Shown piece after piece: positions 12,709 through 24,455 of a stretch of DNA of 64,000 nt. Origin of the DNA: Octopus vulgaris. Taxonomy: Eukaryota. The notes below the pieces were generated by a model. It had not been told where the DNA came from. It worked only from the letters and a program-made list of their open reading frames with translations, and searched no databases. Position 1 is the stretch's first letter. Each line of letters starts with the position of its first letter. Location of the stretch: assembly GCA_951406725.2 (NCBI GenBank), contig OX597816.1:2108001-2172000 (forward strand), given 5' to 3'. Both the position numbers and the translations under genes were made by a program.

Positions 12709-13439
12709 AAATGTTTCCCTATACAGAATTGGCAATATTGGTGAAGGAATGCTGCTCTGGTTACTTGGATCATTCACATTTGGAATTTCTCTTCCGATAT
12801 TATCAACAACTCCCAGTCTTTCCAACATTATTGATTTGTACTTCATTGATTTGTACTTCATTGCTTTCCGATCGGATAATACTCTTATCTTTGAAATATG
12901 CCAAAACGGATGAAACCAAGAAAGAACTGTGTTGTCTTTCAATTCTGAAGATTTATTTTTATCAATGTAGGCTACTCTAGTTTTATTAAAATTACTACTA
13001 CTACTACTACTACTACTAAACAACAACAAAAGAAATCATTTATTTTTTCCTTTTTCTAATACTATTTAATAATGTGCTCATCTTTAGGTTGTTTTTACTG
13101 TAACCTTAAATCCAGAGTACAACACCAATAAAAGAATCTGTATGTTTGTTATATTAGTGTGTTTTACATTTCTATATCAAACAATTTTATTACAGCCAAT
13201 TTTCAGATATAAGCCAAATCCACAGAATAAAGTGACATTAATTGAAATATATGATAGTAGCCAGTATTCTTTCTGGTCAATAAACACATCCTTGATAAAA
13301 ATAAGTGCAAAGTTGGGGAAATGTGGGTTAAATGACTTGATTATATTTACTTTTTCTGTTGATTTTTCGAAATACAAGTCTACAAGTCTTGCTGACATAG
13401 ATGCTATTAGTCTTCTTGGATTCTTTTTTATCCTATCAG

Positions 13440-15262
13440 TATCAGCATTGTTTAATGTCCGTTTTCCATGCTGGCATGGGTTGGATGGTTTGAGTGGGGA
13501 CGAGCAAGCCAGAAAACTGCACCAGGCTTCAATCTCGATCTGGCAGTGTTTCTACAGCAGGAAGCCCTTCCTAACGCCAACCACTCCAAGAGTGTAGTGG
13601 GTGCTTTTTATGTGCCACTGGCACAGGAGCCAGTCAGGTGGCATTGGCATTGGCCATGTTCGGATGGTGCTTTTTACGTGCTACCAGCACAGAAACCAGT
13701 CAGGGCAGGGAGGCTGGCATCAACCATGTTCAGATGGTGCTTTTTATATGTCACTAGCACAGGGAACCAGTTAGCCCACACTGGCAACAACCCATGCATG
13801 GTGCTTATTGTATGCCACCCACATGGGAGCCAGTCAGGTGGCACTGGTATTGGTGACAACTCCAATTCCATTTGATTGTGATTTGATTCGATTTTGATTT
13901 TACTTGACTCGTCACCTGACAATTCAAAGGTACTTTTTAAATGGACTGGTTATGCGACACTGGTGTAGGCTACAGCTGGGATCTCACTTTACTTACCGGG
14001 TCTTCCCAATCACAGTATATCTCCAGAGGTCTCTATCTTTCGTCATTGCCTCTGTGAGGCCCATCATTCAAAGGTCATGCTTCACCACCTCATCCCATGT
14101 CTTCCTGGGTCTCCCTCTACCACATGTTACTTCCACTGTTAGGGAGTGACACTTCTTCACACAGCTCTCCTTATCCATTCTCAGCACATGACCATACCAG
14201 CATAGTCGTCTCTCTTGCATGCCACACCTGATGCTTCTTACAGACAATATTTCTCTCAGGGCACTTATACTCTGTAGTGTGTGCACACTGACATTACGCA
14301 TCCAGCAGATGCGTAATGTCAGTTAGCTTCAGAAGTTCACTGCCATGTAGCATGACTGTTTGCACACATGCATCATACAATCTACCTTTCACTCTGAGTG
14401 AGAGGCCTTTTGTTACCAGTAGAAGTTGGAGCTTTCTGAACTTTACTCAGGCTATTCTTATTCTAGTGGCAGCGCTCTCCAAGCATCCACCCCCACTACA
14501 GACTTGGTCACCTAGGTAGTGGAAGCTATCAACTGTATCTAGTTTCTCTCCCTGGCATGTGATGGAATCAGTTTTCTGAGCATCTGCAGTGTTTATTGCC
14601 CCTGTGCATGTGCCACACACAAAAGCTATCTTCCAGGTTAACCTTCCTTTGATATTGCTGCACCTCTTATGCATCCATAACTTACACTGGGTACATCTTA
14701 TGGTGTTTCTACCTACACCTTTTCTACAGATCAAGCAGGGCCACTGACCTGAAGAGGTTTGTGATGTGTTTGCCTTCCTACTTACTTGGACATTACTTTT
14801 TGCAACATTGACTCTAAGGCCCTTCTATTCTAAACCTTGCTTCCACACCTGAAATCTCTTCTCTAGCTCTGGTAGTGATTCTGCTATGAGAGTAAGGTCA
14901 TCAGCATAGAGGAGCTCCCAGGGGCAACCTGTCTTGAATTCCTCTGTTATTGCCTGGAGGACTATGATGAATAAAAGGGGGCTGAGGGATGATCCTTGGT
15001 GAACTCCTACCTGGAATTCTTCACTATACTCATAACCGACCCGTACCTTACTAACAGCATCCCTGTACAGCTCTTATTAACCACTCGTCTATCCCCAGGT
15101 TCTGCATCGCTCACCAGATAAGGGATCAGGAGACCCTGTCAAAGGCTTTCTCCAACTTAACAAAAGCCAAGTATAGGAGTTTATCTTTGGCTAGGTATTT
15201 CTCCCCTGCAGTTACCTTACCAGGAATATAGCATCAGTGGTGCTTCTACCTGGTACAAAACT
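13440..15262 (-). mobile_element. 5'-truncated RTE-clade LINE with complete 3' UTR
   Basis: ORFs 14447-14734 (ICRKGVGRNTIRCTQCKLW..FHYLGD) and 14068-14301 (WYGHVLRM..GRGRPRKTW); 'LLYADDL' at ~14900. Confidence 0.92.
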
Positions 15263-15428
15263 CAAGAATTAAGGTGAAAAGAAGGCTGAGAGAGGGAGAT
15301 TAGGAAGTTATATATTGAAGAGCTCTCTCAGCCTTCTTTTCACCTTAATTCTTGAGTTTTGTGCCAGGTAGAAGCACCACTATATTCCTGGTAAGGTAAC
15401 TGCAGGGGAAAAATACCTAGCCAAAGAT
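15183..15428. repeat. Inverted duplication, ~110 bp arms, 28 nt spacer
   Basis: atctttggctaggtattt...gaaggctgagagag versus ctctctcagccttc...aaatacctagccaaagat. Confidence 0.92.
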
Positions 15429-15502
15429 GTGATCTCTTGAGCACCACCAGCAAAAATATTTTTTTCCTCTGTCTTCCCTTCTTGGGATCTTTCCTTCTCC
15501 TT

Positions 15503-15537
15503 GTTTCCGACGAAGAGCTCCGCTCGAAACGTTAAAC
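15503..15537 (+). ncRNA. Minimal hammerhead motif (U4C variant) in a Penelope pLTR-like repeat (~15430-15637)
   Basis: gttt-CCGACGA-a-gagc-tcc-gctc-GAAA-cg-TT-aaac; stems I and II pair; palindromic aacgtt; element ends in (TA)n. Confidence 0.6.
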
Positions 15538-15650
15538 CCTCCTTCCTTTCTTTCCTGAGCGTCAAATAATACTTTAATTGTTCCACGTCCTCGCGTTGCT
15601 GTGTTTTTTTCTGTGTTTTCTTGTTTGGATTAACTATATATATATATATA

Positions 15651-15930
15651 TGAATGAATGAATGAATGAATGAATGAATGAATGAATGAATGAATGAATG
15701 AATGAATGAATGAATGAATGAATGAATGAATGAATGAATGAATGAATGAATGAATGAATGAATGAATGAATGAATGAATGAATGAATGAATGAATGAATG
15801 AATGAATGAATGAATGAATGAATGAATGAATGAATGAATGAATGACATGAATGAATGAATGAATGAATGAATGAATGAATGAATGAATGAATGAATGAAT
15901 GAATGAATGAATGAATGAATGAATGAATAT
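15651..15930. repeat. (GAAT)n microsatellite, ~280 bp
   Basis: Directly visible; source of the IHSF-repeat pseudo-ORFs. Confidence 0.98.
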
Positions 15931-15932
15931 GA

Positions 15933-16425
15933 ATCATCATCATCTAATGTTCTCCATGCTAGCATGGAATGAATGACGTGACCGATCTGGAATGCCATGA
16001 ATGGCTGAATGAATGGCTGAATGAATGAATGAATGGCAATGTTTCTACAGCTGATGCCCTTCCTGAACGTGAACCACTCTGTGAGTGTGAATGAATGCTT
16101 GAATGAATGGCATGAATGAATCGAGGTGAATGCTGGCATGGCCATGAATGGATAGTGCTTGAACGTACCACCATGTCCAGGGGTCCTGGCATCTGCCGGG
16201 TGCCAGTCATAGGATTGGTTCGATTCCGATTTCAATTTCACTTGCCCCAACATGTCTTCGCAAGCAGAGGGGGTTGGCATGGGTGCCTGTCGTCGGATGA
16301 GGTTCGATATCGACTTCGCTTGCCTCAAGAGGTCTTTGTGTCCAAGGGAGGAAAGACATGCATAAGTGGGCTCACTTGTCCTGCCTGATCTTCTCACGTA
16401 CAGCATATTTCCAAAGGTCTCGGTC

Positions 16426-16426
<1 letters not shown>
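15933..16426 (-). mobile_element. RTE 3' UTR/tail, peppered with GAAT words
   Basis: 'catcatcat..ccatgctagcatgg', 'tttctacagctgatgcccttcc', 'cagcatatttccaaaggtctcggtca'. Confidence 0.75.
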
Positions 16427-16456
<30 letters not shown>

Positions 16457-16690
16457 ATGAGTTAGAGGTTATGCAACTGTCTAAGGGATAAATGTATCCG
16501 TAGGCACGACTGGTGTATTACCTAACTATGTATAGGGCTTGCTGTGAGGTTAACAGTAGTTTGTAGTTTAAAGGGTAAACCCTGGTTTAACATATTCAGA
16601 TAAAATAAGAGAAGAAATGGAGCAACCTGTAACAATTAGAATGTTGATCATTAGTATTGAATGATCATAGTTTAATTATGGTTAAGGTAA

Positions 16691-16770
16691 CATTTACAGC
16701 CGTTTCAGTTTGTTAATTTTGAGGTAAACTTGCATTGATCTTGTTCCATGCAACAAGCATCATCAGAATG
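16691..16770 (-). ncRNA. Hammerhead-ribozyme motif, left arm
   Basis: Minus strand: catt-CTGATGA-tgcttgttg...taacaaact-GAAA-cggctg-TA-aatg. Confidence 0.55.
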
Positions 16771-16901
16771 ATTTGAACTTTAGCAGAGGAATATCCATAG
16801 AAGATCAAAGGTTGACAGGAAGCTTTTCCAATTTTCTCTTTTTCTTTTTTCTCCTGTCAACCTTCGATCTCCTCTTGATATTCCTCTGGTAAAGTTCAAA
16901 T

Positions 16902-16983
16902 CATTCTGATGATGCTTTTGTTACATGGAACAAGATCAACGCAAGTTTACCTCAAAAATAACAAACTGAAACAGCTGTAAATG
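16902..16983 (+). ncRNA. Hammerhead-ribozyme motif, right arm
   Basis: catt-CTGATGA-tgct-tttgtta...taacaaa-ct-GAAA-cagctg-TA-aatg. Stem I catt/aatg, stem II tttgtta/taacaaa, palindromic acagctgt. Confidence 0.65.
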
Positions 16984-17097
16984 TATATTTAGCCATAATT
17001 AAACTATGATCATTCAATACTAATGATCAACTTCTAATTGTTACATGTTGCTCCATTTCTTCTCTTATCTTAAATATATATATATATGTATATATTG

Positions 17098-17378
17098 TTA
17101 CCAACGTCGCCTTACTGGCACCTATGCCAGTGGCATGTGTAAAAAGATTCAAGCGAGGTCATTGCCAGTACCGCCTGACTGGCCCCCATGCTGGTGGCAC
17201 GTAAAAAGCACCCACTACACTCTCGGGGTGGTTGGCATTAGGAAGGGCATCCAGCTGTAGAAACTCTGCCAGATCAAGATTGGAGCCTGGTGCAGCCATC
17301 TGGTTCACCAGCCCTTAGTCAAAATCGTCCAACCCATGCCAGCATGAAAAGTGGACGTTAAACGATGATGATGATGAT
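17098..17378 (+). mobile_element. RTE 3' tail
   Basis: 'gtggcacgtaaaaagcaccc..aggaagggcatccagctgtagaaa..gacgttaaac(GAT)n'. Confidence 0.85.
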
Positions 17379-17494
17379 ATATATATAGATGTACACACAT
17401 AGACATTACACATCCAGCGGAGCATTCAATCCTCATTCCCCCCAAGAGAAAGCTAGGAATGAGGCGAATATGCTCTGCTAGATACGTAATGTAA

Positions 17495-18035
17495 GTGTAT
17501 ATGTGTGACAGCGCTAGTATACTGAGAAAGAAGTTAAGAATAAGAGGAATTAGATGCAGCATGCAAGAGAGATGGCTGTGCTGATTAGGTCGTGTGATGT
17601 GGATGGATGTCAACAGCTCTATAAAGAAGTTCCAATCTCTCAAAGTGGATGAATGTCCTGGAAGAGGAGACTCAGAAAAACAGGGGACAAAGTACTGATG
17701 TACGATCTTGGGATGCTGAACCTTTTGGGTGAGATGACAAAGGACTGAGATAGCTGGCACCTTGCTCTCCTCAAGAAGACCCATACTCTGCAGTAGAAGT
17801 GTTAAGGATGGTGTGAAGAGGATTGGTCTGCAAGAGTTACGTGCCAGTGCCACATAAAAGGCATTTGTGCTGGTGCCACATTAAAAGCACTCTGCACACG
17901 CTGCAAAGTGGTTGGCATTAGGAAGGGCATCCAGCCATAGAAAGCAAGCCAAAGCAGACTGGAACCTGGTGCCAGCTCTGGTTAAACCATCCAACCCATG
18001 TCAGCATGAAGAATAGATATTAAAGGATGATGATG
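17495..18035 (+). mobile_element. Decayed RTE 3' fragment
   Basis: 'gagaaagaagttaagaataagaggaattagatgcagcatgcaagag' resembles the RTE C-terminus; RTE tail follows. Confidence 0.7.
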
Positions 18036-18339
18036 TGTGTGTGTGCATGTCTGTTTATATTTGTACTCTTGAAAGCTATGAGTGCTATAAGTGGACAGTA
18101 TGCTTGCTTTGCAGCCTTGAAGGCATGGGAAATAAGAGATCCCTTACTTGCAAAACAGATGAATGACACAATGGATAGCTGGCTATAAAACACTGCCTCT
18201 ATAATATATTAATATAACCCATACTAATTGGGGAAAATGGAGGTAACAGGATTGAATAGACACAATAGCATGCTATCAACATGAATTAATTTCTTGTACA
18301 CTTCACAGCATTTTTTTGAATAACTTGAAATGAAAGATA

Positions 18340-20180
18340 AAATAGACAATAGATAAAGCCATGAAGGACATGAAGACCAAGAAAGTCCCTGGTTCCTCAG
18401 GAATCACCAGTGAGATGCTTAAAATATCTGGTTGTGTGGGTTATGGATTAATCGCTCATATGGTTAACCAGGGTTGTACATAAGAGATTCATACCCAGTG
18501 ACTGGTGTAGCAGGATCATAGTCAACTGCTACAAAGGTAAAGGTAATGCCTTACATAGGACTAATTACAGAAGTATCAAATTGTTGGGTCAGGCGATGAA
18601 AGTTACAGAGAGGGTAATTAATTAGGAAGAGAGAAGGTCTTGATGAGATGCAGTTTGGTTTCGTGCCAGGGAGAAGCACCACTGATGCTATACTTTTGGT
18701 AAGGCAGCTGCAGGCGAAGTACCTAGCAAAAAATAAACCTGTGTACTTAGCTTTTGTTGACATGGACAAAGTCTTTGACAGGGTTCCCCACTCCCTTACC
18801 TATTGATCAATGCAGAAACTAGGGATATATGAGTCATTTGTGAGAGCTGTACAAGCCATGTACAGGGATACTGTCAATAAGGTGAGGGTTGGCAATGAGT
18901 ATAGCAATGAATCCAGGGTTCAAATAGGATTTCATCAATGATCAGTCCTTAGTCCCTCTTGTTCATCATAATCCTCCAGGCAATAACAAAGGAATTCAAG
19001 ACAGGCCGCCTCTGGGAGCTCCTCTATGCTGATGACCTTGCTCTTATAGCAGAATCACTACCTTCCAGGTATGGAAGCAAGGTCTAGAATCAAAGGGCCT
19101 TAAAGTTAACCTAGAAAAAACCCAAAATCTTACTAATTAGGGAAGAGAACAAATCACAAATCCCTTCAGGTCGATGGTCCCACCTCAATGTAGAAAAGTT
19201 AAAGGCAGAAACTCTATAAGATGTACCTGGTGCAAGCTATGGATACACAAGGGGTGCAGCAATATCAGAGGAAGGTTAACAAGGAAAATAGTCTTTGTGT
19301 GTGGAAGGTGCACAGGTACAATAACCACTAGAAATGTACAGAAAACAGGTTCCATCAAATGCCAGGGGGGATACTTAGTAGCAGTTGATAGCTTCTGTTA
19401 TTGGGGTGACCAAGTCAGCAACGGAGGTGGATGCTCTGAGAGCATAGCTGCTAGAATGAGAATTGGCTGGGCAATGTTCAGAGAGTTTCTACCTATGCTA
19501 ATAGCTAAGGACCTCTCCCTCAGAGTGAAAGGCAGATCATATAATGCCTGCATTTGAACAGCAGTGAAACATGGGCTGTGACCACTGAGGACATGTGTAG
19601 GCTTGAAAGAAATAAAGTCAGTATGCTTCACTGGATGTGCAATGTCAGTGTGCATGTACAGCTGAGTCCGAGCATCTTGAGTGCAAAGTTGGGCGTAAGA
19701 GGCATCAGATGTGGTGTGCAAGAGATGACTGCACTGGTATGACCATGTGATGTGTATGGATGAAGATAGCTGTGTGAAGAAGTGCTGATCTCTAACTGTG
19801 GAGGAAACCTGTGGAAGAGGTAGACCCAGGAAGACATGGGACTAAGTGGTGAAGCATGATCTTCGAACGTTGGGCCTCACAGAGCATGATTTCAAGTGAC
19901 TGAGACCTTAGGCAATATGCTGTGTTGGAGAATACTCAAGCCAAGTGCAATTGTAGTCATGGCTAATGCCAGTGCCATGTGACTGGCAACCATGCGAGTG
20001 GCATGGTAAGAGCGCTCATTACACTCTTGGAGTGGTTAGTGTTAGGAAGGATGTCCAGCCATAGAAACCATGCCAAATCAGACCAGAACCTGGTGCAGCT
20101 CTCCAGCTTGCCAGTTCCAGTCAAACCATCTAACCCATGCCAGCATGGAAAGCTGACGTTAAATGATGATGATGATGATG
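18340..20180 (+). mobile_element. 5'-truncated RTE-clade LINE
   Basis: 'ctcctctatgctgatgacctt' (LLYADDL), ORF 19174-19557 with the Cys-rich finger, (GAT)n tail at ~20165-20180. Confidence 0.92.
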
Positions 20181-20486
20181 TAAAGTGTACGTTATATTAT
20201 AATATAACGTACACTTTACATCATTTGTTTTTTGCTAAATATACAATTATAGCTTTGTTATGAGAAGTAAACACTTGGTTTACACCAGATGTATAGTTCT
20301 GTATGTTTATTAAAAAAGCATGCATCTCATTTTAAATTATCCAATGACATTATGTAGTGCACTATGATGCAATCTATTGTTAGTGTGTGTACTTGCACAG
20401 CTGTGCAAATTAGCTTGATTTATTTGACCGAGTCTGAGTTTATATACACTATAAATAGTTATATGCTATTTTGCTTCCAGTTTTAG

Positions 20487-20900
20487 ACTTGGAGACACAA
20501 TGATAGACTTGTCTTCCTAGAGGAGGCGAGCTGTAATGCCACACCAACCAGGCATGTTACTGCTGTCCAGTAGGTGGTAAAATAATCACCATGATTGAAT
20601 CCAGTGCCCTGCGAAGACAGACTTGACATTTCTCACCAACTGAGGAAGATCAAATATCAGGAGCTGGTTGATAAGGCACTTGTCAAAGGATGGTACATGG
20701 CCTCTTTGCCTATTGATGTCGGCTGTCTTGGCTTTTCAGCAGGATCAGTGTGCTGATCCCTGCAGAAGACAGGTCTGGACCTCAAACAGCTGAAGAAAGC
20801 CTTCAGGGAGATAGATATGGCTAGTTCAATGCAGCTATCATTGACAGGAGATCACAGATGGAACCCTTGTGTTTGCAAATTCAGTTCTTGTTGCCCACTC
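20487..20900 (+). mobile_element. Decayed HERO/R2-superfamily non-LTR fragment (restriction-like endonuclease domain)
   Basis: My translation: TWRHN, then VPCEDRLDISHQLRKIKYQELVDKALVKGWYMASLPIDVGCLGF, resembling the ELTVPWE...K..KY..L....GW.....PIEVGCRGF RLE signature. Confidence 0.75.
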
Positions 20901-21291
20901 AAGCAAAGCATATAGACTAAGGGGTGAAATGCTTGTGAACCTGTGATACTTGCTGACCATACACAAGGGTCTCTGACAGTACAATATCTTTAGTCATCAC
21001 TACCACCAGAAGTGTTTGCAATATCCTTAAGTAGCTCCTGTAGTTTTTGTGTGAGGTAAAATATCTCTGATGTTTATTTCATCTTTCATTTCTTTGTTAA
21101 CAGAAGATAAAAGTAGTAAGGTGCTTCATAACCACGTGATACCTGGTTTATCCCCAGTGTACAGCACCCGGAAACTTTGGCAAAATATCATCTGCTACAG
21201 ATTCGAGTCATCCAAAAATGTTTTGAATGAATTTTTATAGACAAAAATTGTATGGAAGCTTATATGTATCTATCGTTTGATGATATATATG

Positions 21292-21562
21292 TATAAAAAC
21301 AAAATAGGACAAGAACGCAAAACATCCAGACAGTTAGGTGATACAAGAAAGGCACAACAAAATATCCAGACAGACGCTACAAAGAAAACAAGGACAGGTC
21401 ATTCGGAGTTTTCTTTCCTCAGTTGAGTTCCAGATTATCTTTGCAATTTCGGCTGGTTATACTCAAGATTGCGCCAATCTGGCCAGCCCAAGGAAAAACT
21501 AAGCTAAGAGCATTAGATTTCTTGGAAGAAAGCAGCAAATGTATACAAAAGCAAGGACGAAA
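21292..21562 (-). repeat. Probable Penelope pLTR-like repeat with partial hammerhead-like fold
   Basis: Abuts (TA)n; minus strand ggctgg...ccagcc-GAAA-ttgcaa, but no CUGANGA box. Confidence 0.3.
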
Positions 21563-22896
21563 ACAATGCCCTTCCTAATACCAGCCACTTTACAGAGTGT
21601 ACTGGATACTTTTTATGTGAGATGTGCTAAATCTGTGACAAATTACCATAGAAGGTTGAAACTTGAATTGTGGCTGTGTTAAACTCCCACAGCAGTTTAA
21701 TGTAATCAGTGTAGCATTAATATGGATTAGGGCTACAATATAGTAAGCAGAGCTGTGCGCATACGCATGCACACGAGTTTGGGTAGAATCAGTATTCAAA
21801 GAAAAACACCTTATGATATTTGATGTCATCTCAGTTATGTCCTGTGTGCACTACTTGACTTTGCCATTTCTAATTTACAAGGCTGATAAAATAAGCACTG
21901 GATAAACTAGACTGATATAATTGTCTGGGATCAAATACGACTAAAACTCTTCGATGTTGCATCCAATCACAAAGAACCCAGTCCAAAGACTGGAACCTAT
22001 AAGAGACTAAAGCATTTGGGAAGTTGTCATCATCATCACCACCATCATTTAACATCCATTGTGATTGTCTAGCCCTTATTTTAACGCCTGCTCTTAGCAA
22101 CCAAACTTTTCTCCATGAATAATGGTTCAGGCTGAGAGAGATGAAATCTCAGTTTCCTTTCATAAGCTATGCTTATGGCTGGGTATTTTAGGTTGGGTGA
22201 AGGATCTAGCTTAAACTACTGGAAGTGGTTGACATCCAAACTGTCTTCTCTTTCTCTAGCTCATCATCATAACCATAAAAAAAATAATAAAAAACAAACT
22301 CTGACACAAATGCTTCCATGATTGTCATCATTCTTAGTAGATGACATTTATTCAGTTTCATTGAAATCTTCCTACAGAATTTATAGTTATGAATAGTTCA
22401 ACTGTAATATTAAATTTATCACACCAGGAAAGAGTCATTTTTAAACCATTAAGAACATACAAAGCTATTACATTCACTTTGGTTGATTTCTTTAATAATG
22501 GTATTATGAAATGTCAAAAAGTTCTGCTTCTCTTCTGTCTGTGACTTGGTCACTGACATAATTTCATTGCATTTTGCTGCAGTTCACTTAGTGGCCAAAT
22601 TTTATAAACCATGCAAGTTTTTCTATCTTTTTTTCCTTTTTTTTGTTTCTCTTTTAATGACATCCTTCTTTAAGCATTGTAGGAGTAGTTAATGTCTTCT
22701 ATTTGTCAGTTTGGTTAAAAGTAATTCTATGTGGCAGAAAAGAAGAGAGAGAGAGAGAGAGAAATAAAAGAGTGAGAAGGACTGCATCCAAAAGTAAGCC
22801 TGAAAGTGAAAAGAGACAGCACAAGTTCAAAGTTCAGAAAAGTCACTTATACACAAAAGGACAACTGATCAAAGTATAAAAGAATTATTTTATATA

Positions 22897-23240
22897 TCAT
22901 CATCATCATCATCATCATTTAGTGTCCGCTTTCCATGCTAGCATGGGTTGGACTGTTCAACTGGGGTCTGTGAAGCCAGAAGGCTGCACCAGGCCCAGTT
23001 TGATCTGGCAATGTTTCTACTGCTGGATGCCCTTCCTAACGCCAACCACTCCATGAGTGTAGTGGGTGCTTTTTACGTGCCAGACGAGTCTGGCAAACGG
23101 CCACGATCGGATGGTGCTTTTTATGTGCCACCGGCACGGAGGCCAGGCGAGGCGAGGCTGGCAACGGCCACGAACGGATGGTGCTTTTTACATGCCACCG
23201 GCACGAGGCCAGTCGGGGCGGCGCTGGCAACGGCCACCAT
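22897..23240 (-). mobile_element. RTE 3' tail with subrepeats
   Basis: (CAT)n-ttagtgtccgctttccatgctagcatggg and three 'ggtgcttttta..tgcca' units. Confidence 0.85.
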
Positions 23241-23996
23241 AAAGATGTTCACTCAGGAATCCCACTCACTGTGCTTAAAGTGGAGTAGAATAGAAGGAAA
23301 TAACCTCCTCCTCCAAATAAACTAGAAAAGACAAATTTTGGAAAGGAATTTCAACAGATGGAGTGGAGCAGGTTGTAGAAGTGTGACAAAAACATGTCTA
23401 CATTTCATAATCAACAATACTATTGATATTGTCTATTTCATAATAGATGGTACTATTAAGAAATATACATAATGTTTAAGGTTTTTCTGTTCAATGATTA
23501 AAACGATTCTTCTGTTATCACGTAATTATTTCAGTTTTAACTCACAAATTTCAGATCAAGTCACTTGCCAAAACAAATACAACTTGTAAGGTTAATCTGT
23601 TGAGTATTTTTCTTCATTGTCATCTTCTGTCTATGCATTATTTCCTGGAGCTATTTCAGAGACCCATGCTTGAAAATTTTCCAATCTTATTGTCCAGAGA
23701 TCTTTTCTGTCATCTTAATTTCTTCATTTTCAAGATGTTGTCAGGATAGATGTAATGGATAAGTTAATATACTTAGATAGATTATCAATAAAGATAATAT
23801 CAAAGCAATTAGTTTCTTTATTGCCTATGTTTTTTTAATTTTTAAATCAAAAGCAGTATCTTTCCTGAGGTCACAGAGATGAGTACTAATTGAGCACAGG
23901 GGCCTGTGTAATCAGCTAGTCCTCTCTCGCAACATTACAGGTCTTTTGCCTGTAGTTAAGTTATTATTATTATCCTTATTATTATTTTTATTATTA

Positions 23997-24455
23997 AGGC
24001 AACGAGCTGGCAGAAGCATTAGCACACCAGGCAAAATGCATAGTGGTATTTCTTCTGCCGTTATGTTCTGAGTTCAAATTTTGTCCAGGTCGACTTTGCC
24101 TTTCATCCTTTTGGGGTCGATTAAATAAGTACCAATTACACACTGGGGTCAATGTAATCGACTTAATCCCTTTGTCTGTCCTTGTTTGTCTCCTCTATGT
24201 TTAGTCCTCTGTGGGCAATAAAGAAATAATAATTATTATTATTAAGGCAGCAAACTGGCAGAATCGTTAGCATGCCGGGCAAAATGCTTAGCGTCATTTC
24301 GTCTGTTGCTACATTTGAGTTCAAATTCCACCAGGGTCGACTTTGCCTTTCATCCTTTCAGGGTCAATGAATTAAGTACCAGTTGAGTACTGGGGCTGAT
24401 GTAATTGACTTCACTTCTACCCTGAATTTGATGGTCTTGTGCCAAAATTTGAAAT
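23997..24455 (+). mobile_element. Two tandem SINEs of a second family (MetaSINE-like core)
   Basis: Both carry 'ctggcagaa..ttagca...gagttcaaatt...gtcgactttgcctttcatcct..ggggtc..taagtacc' and sit in (ATT)n. Further copies at ~34985-35155 (-), ~46720-46880 and ~54237-54450. Confidence 0.75.

Larger units (their letters stand above)
16605..17068. repeat. Long inverted repeat (~215 bp arms, 31 nt pyrimidine-rich spacer), Penelope-like inverted pseudo-LTR
   Basis: Arms 16605-16820 and 16852-17068, roughly 90% complementary by eye; (TA)n on both sides. Confidence 0.92.

Noticed and set aside
12727-12966. Possible 240 nt exon within ORF 12711-12980
   Set aside because: Acceptor abuts a SINE tail, donor is weak and the peptide is unrecognised; not supportable without RNA data.
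13595-13860. CRISPR-like repeat/spacer appearance (also 26900-27060 and 42665-42850)
   Set aside because: The 'spacers' are homologous to each other, the units lie in RTE 3' UTRs, the context is eukaryotic and there are no cas genes.
15380-16427. Long ORFs of 187 and 265 aa
   Set aside because: Translations of the (GAAT)n microsatellite (IHSF repeats).
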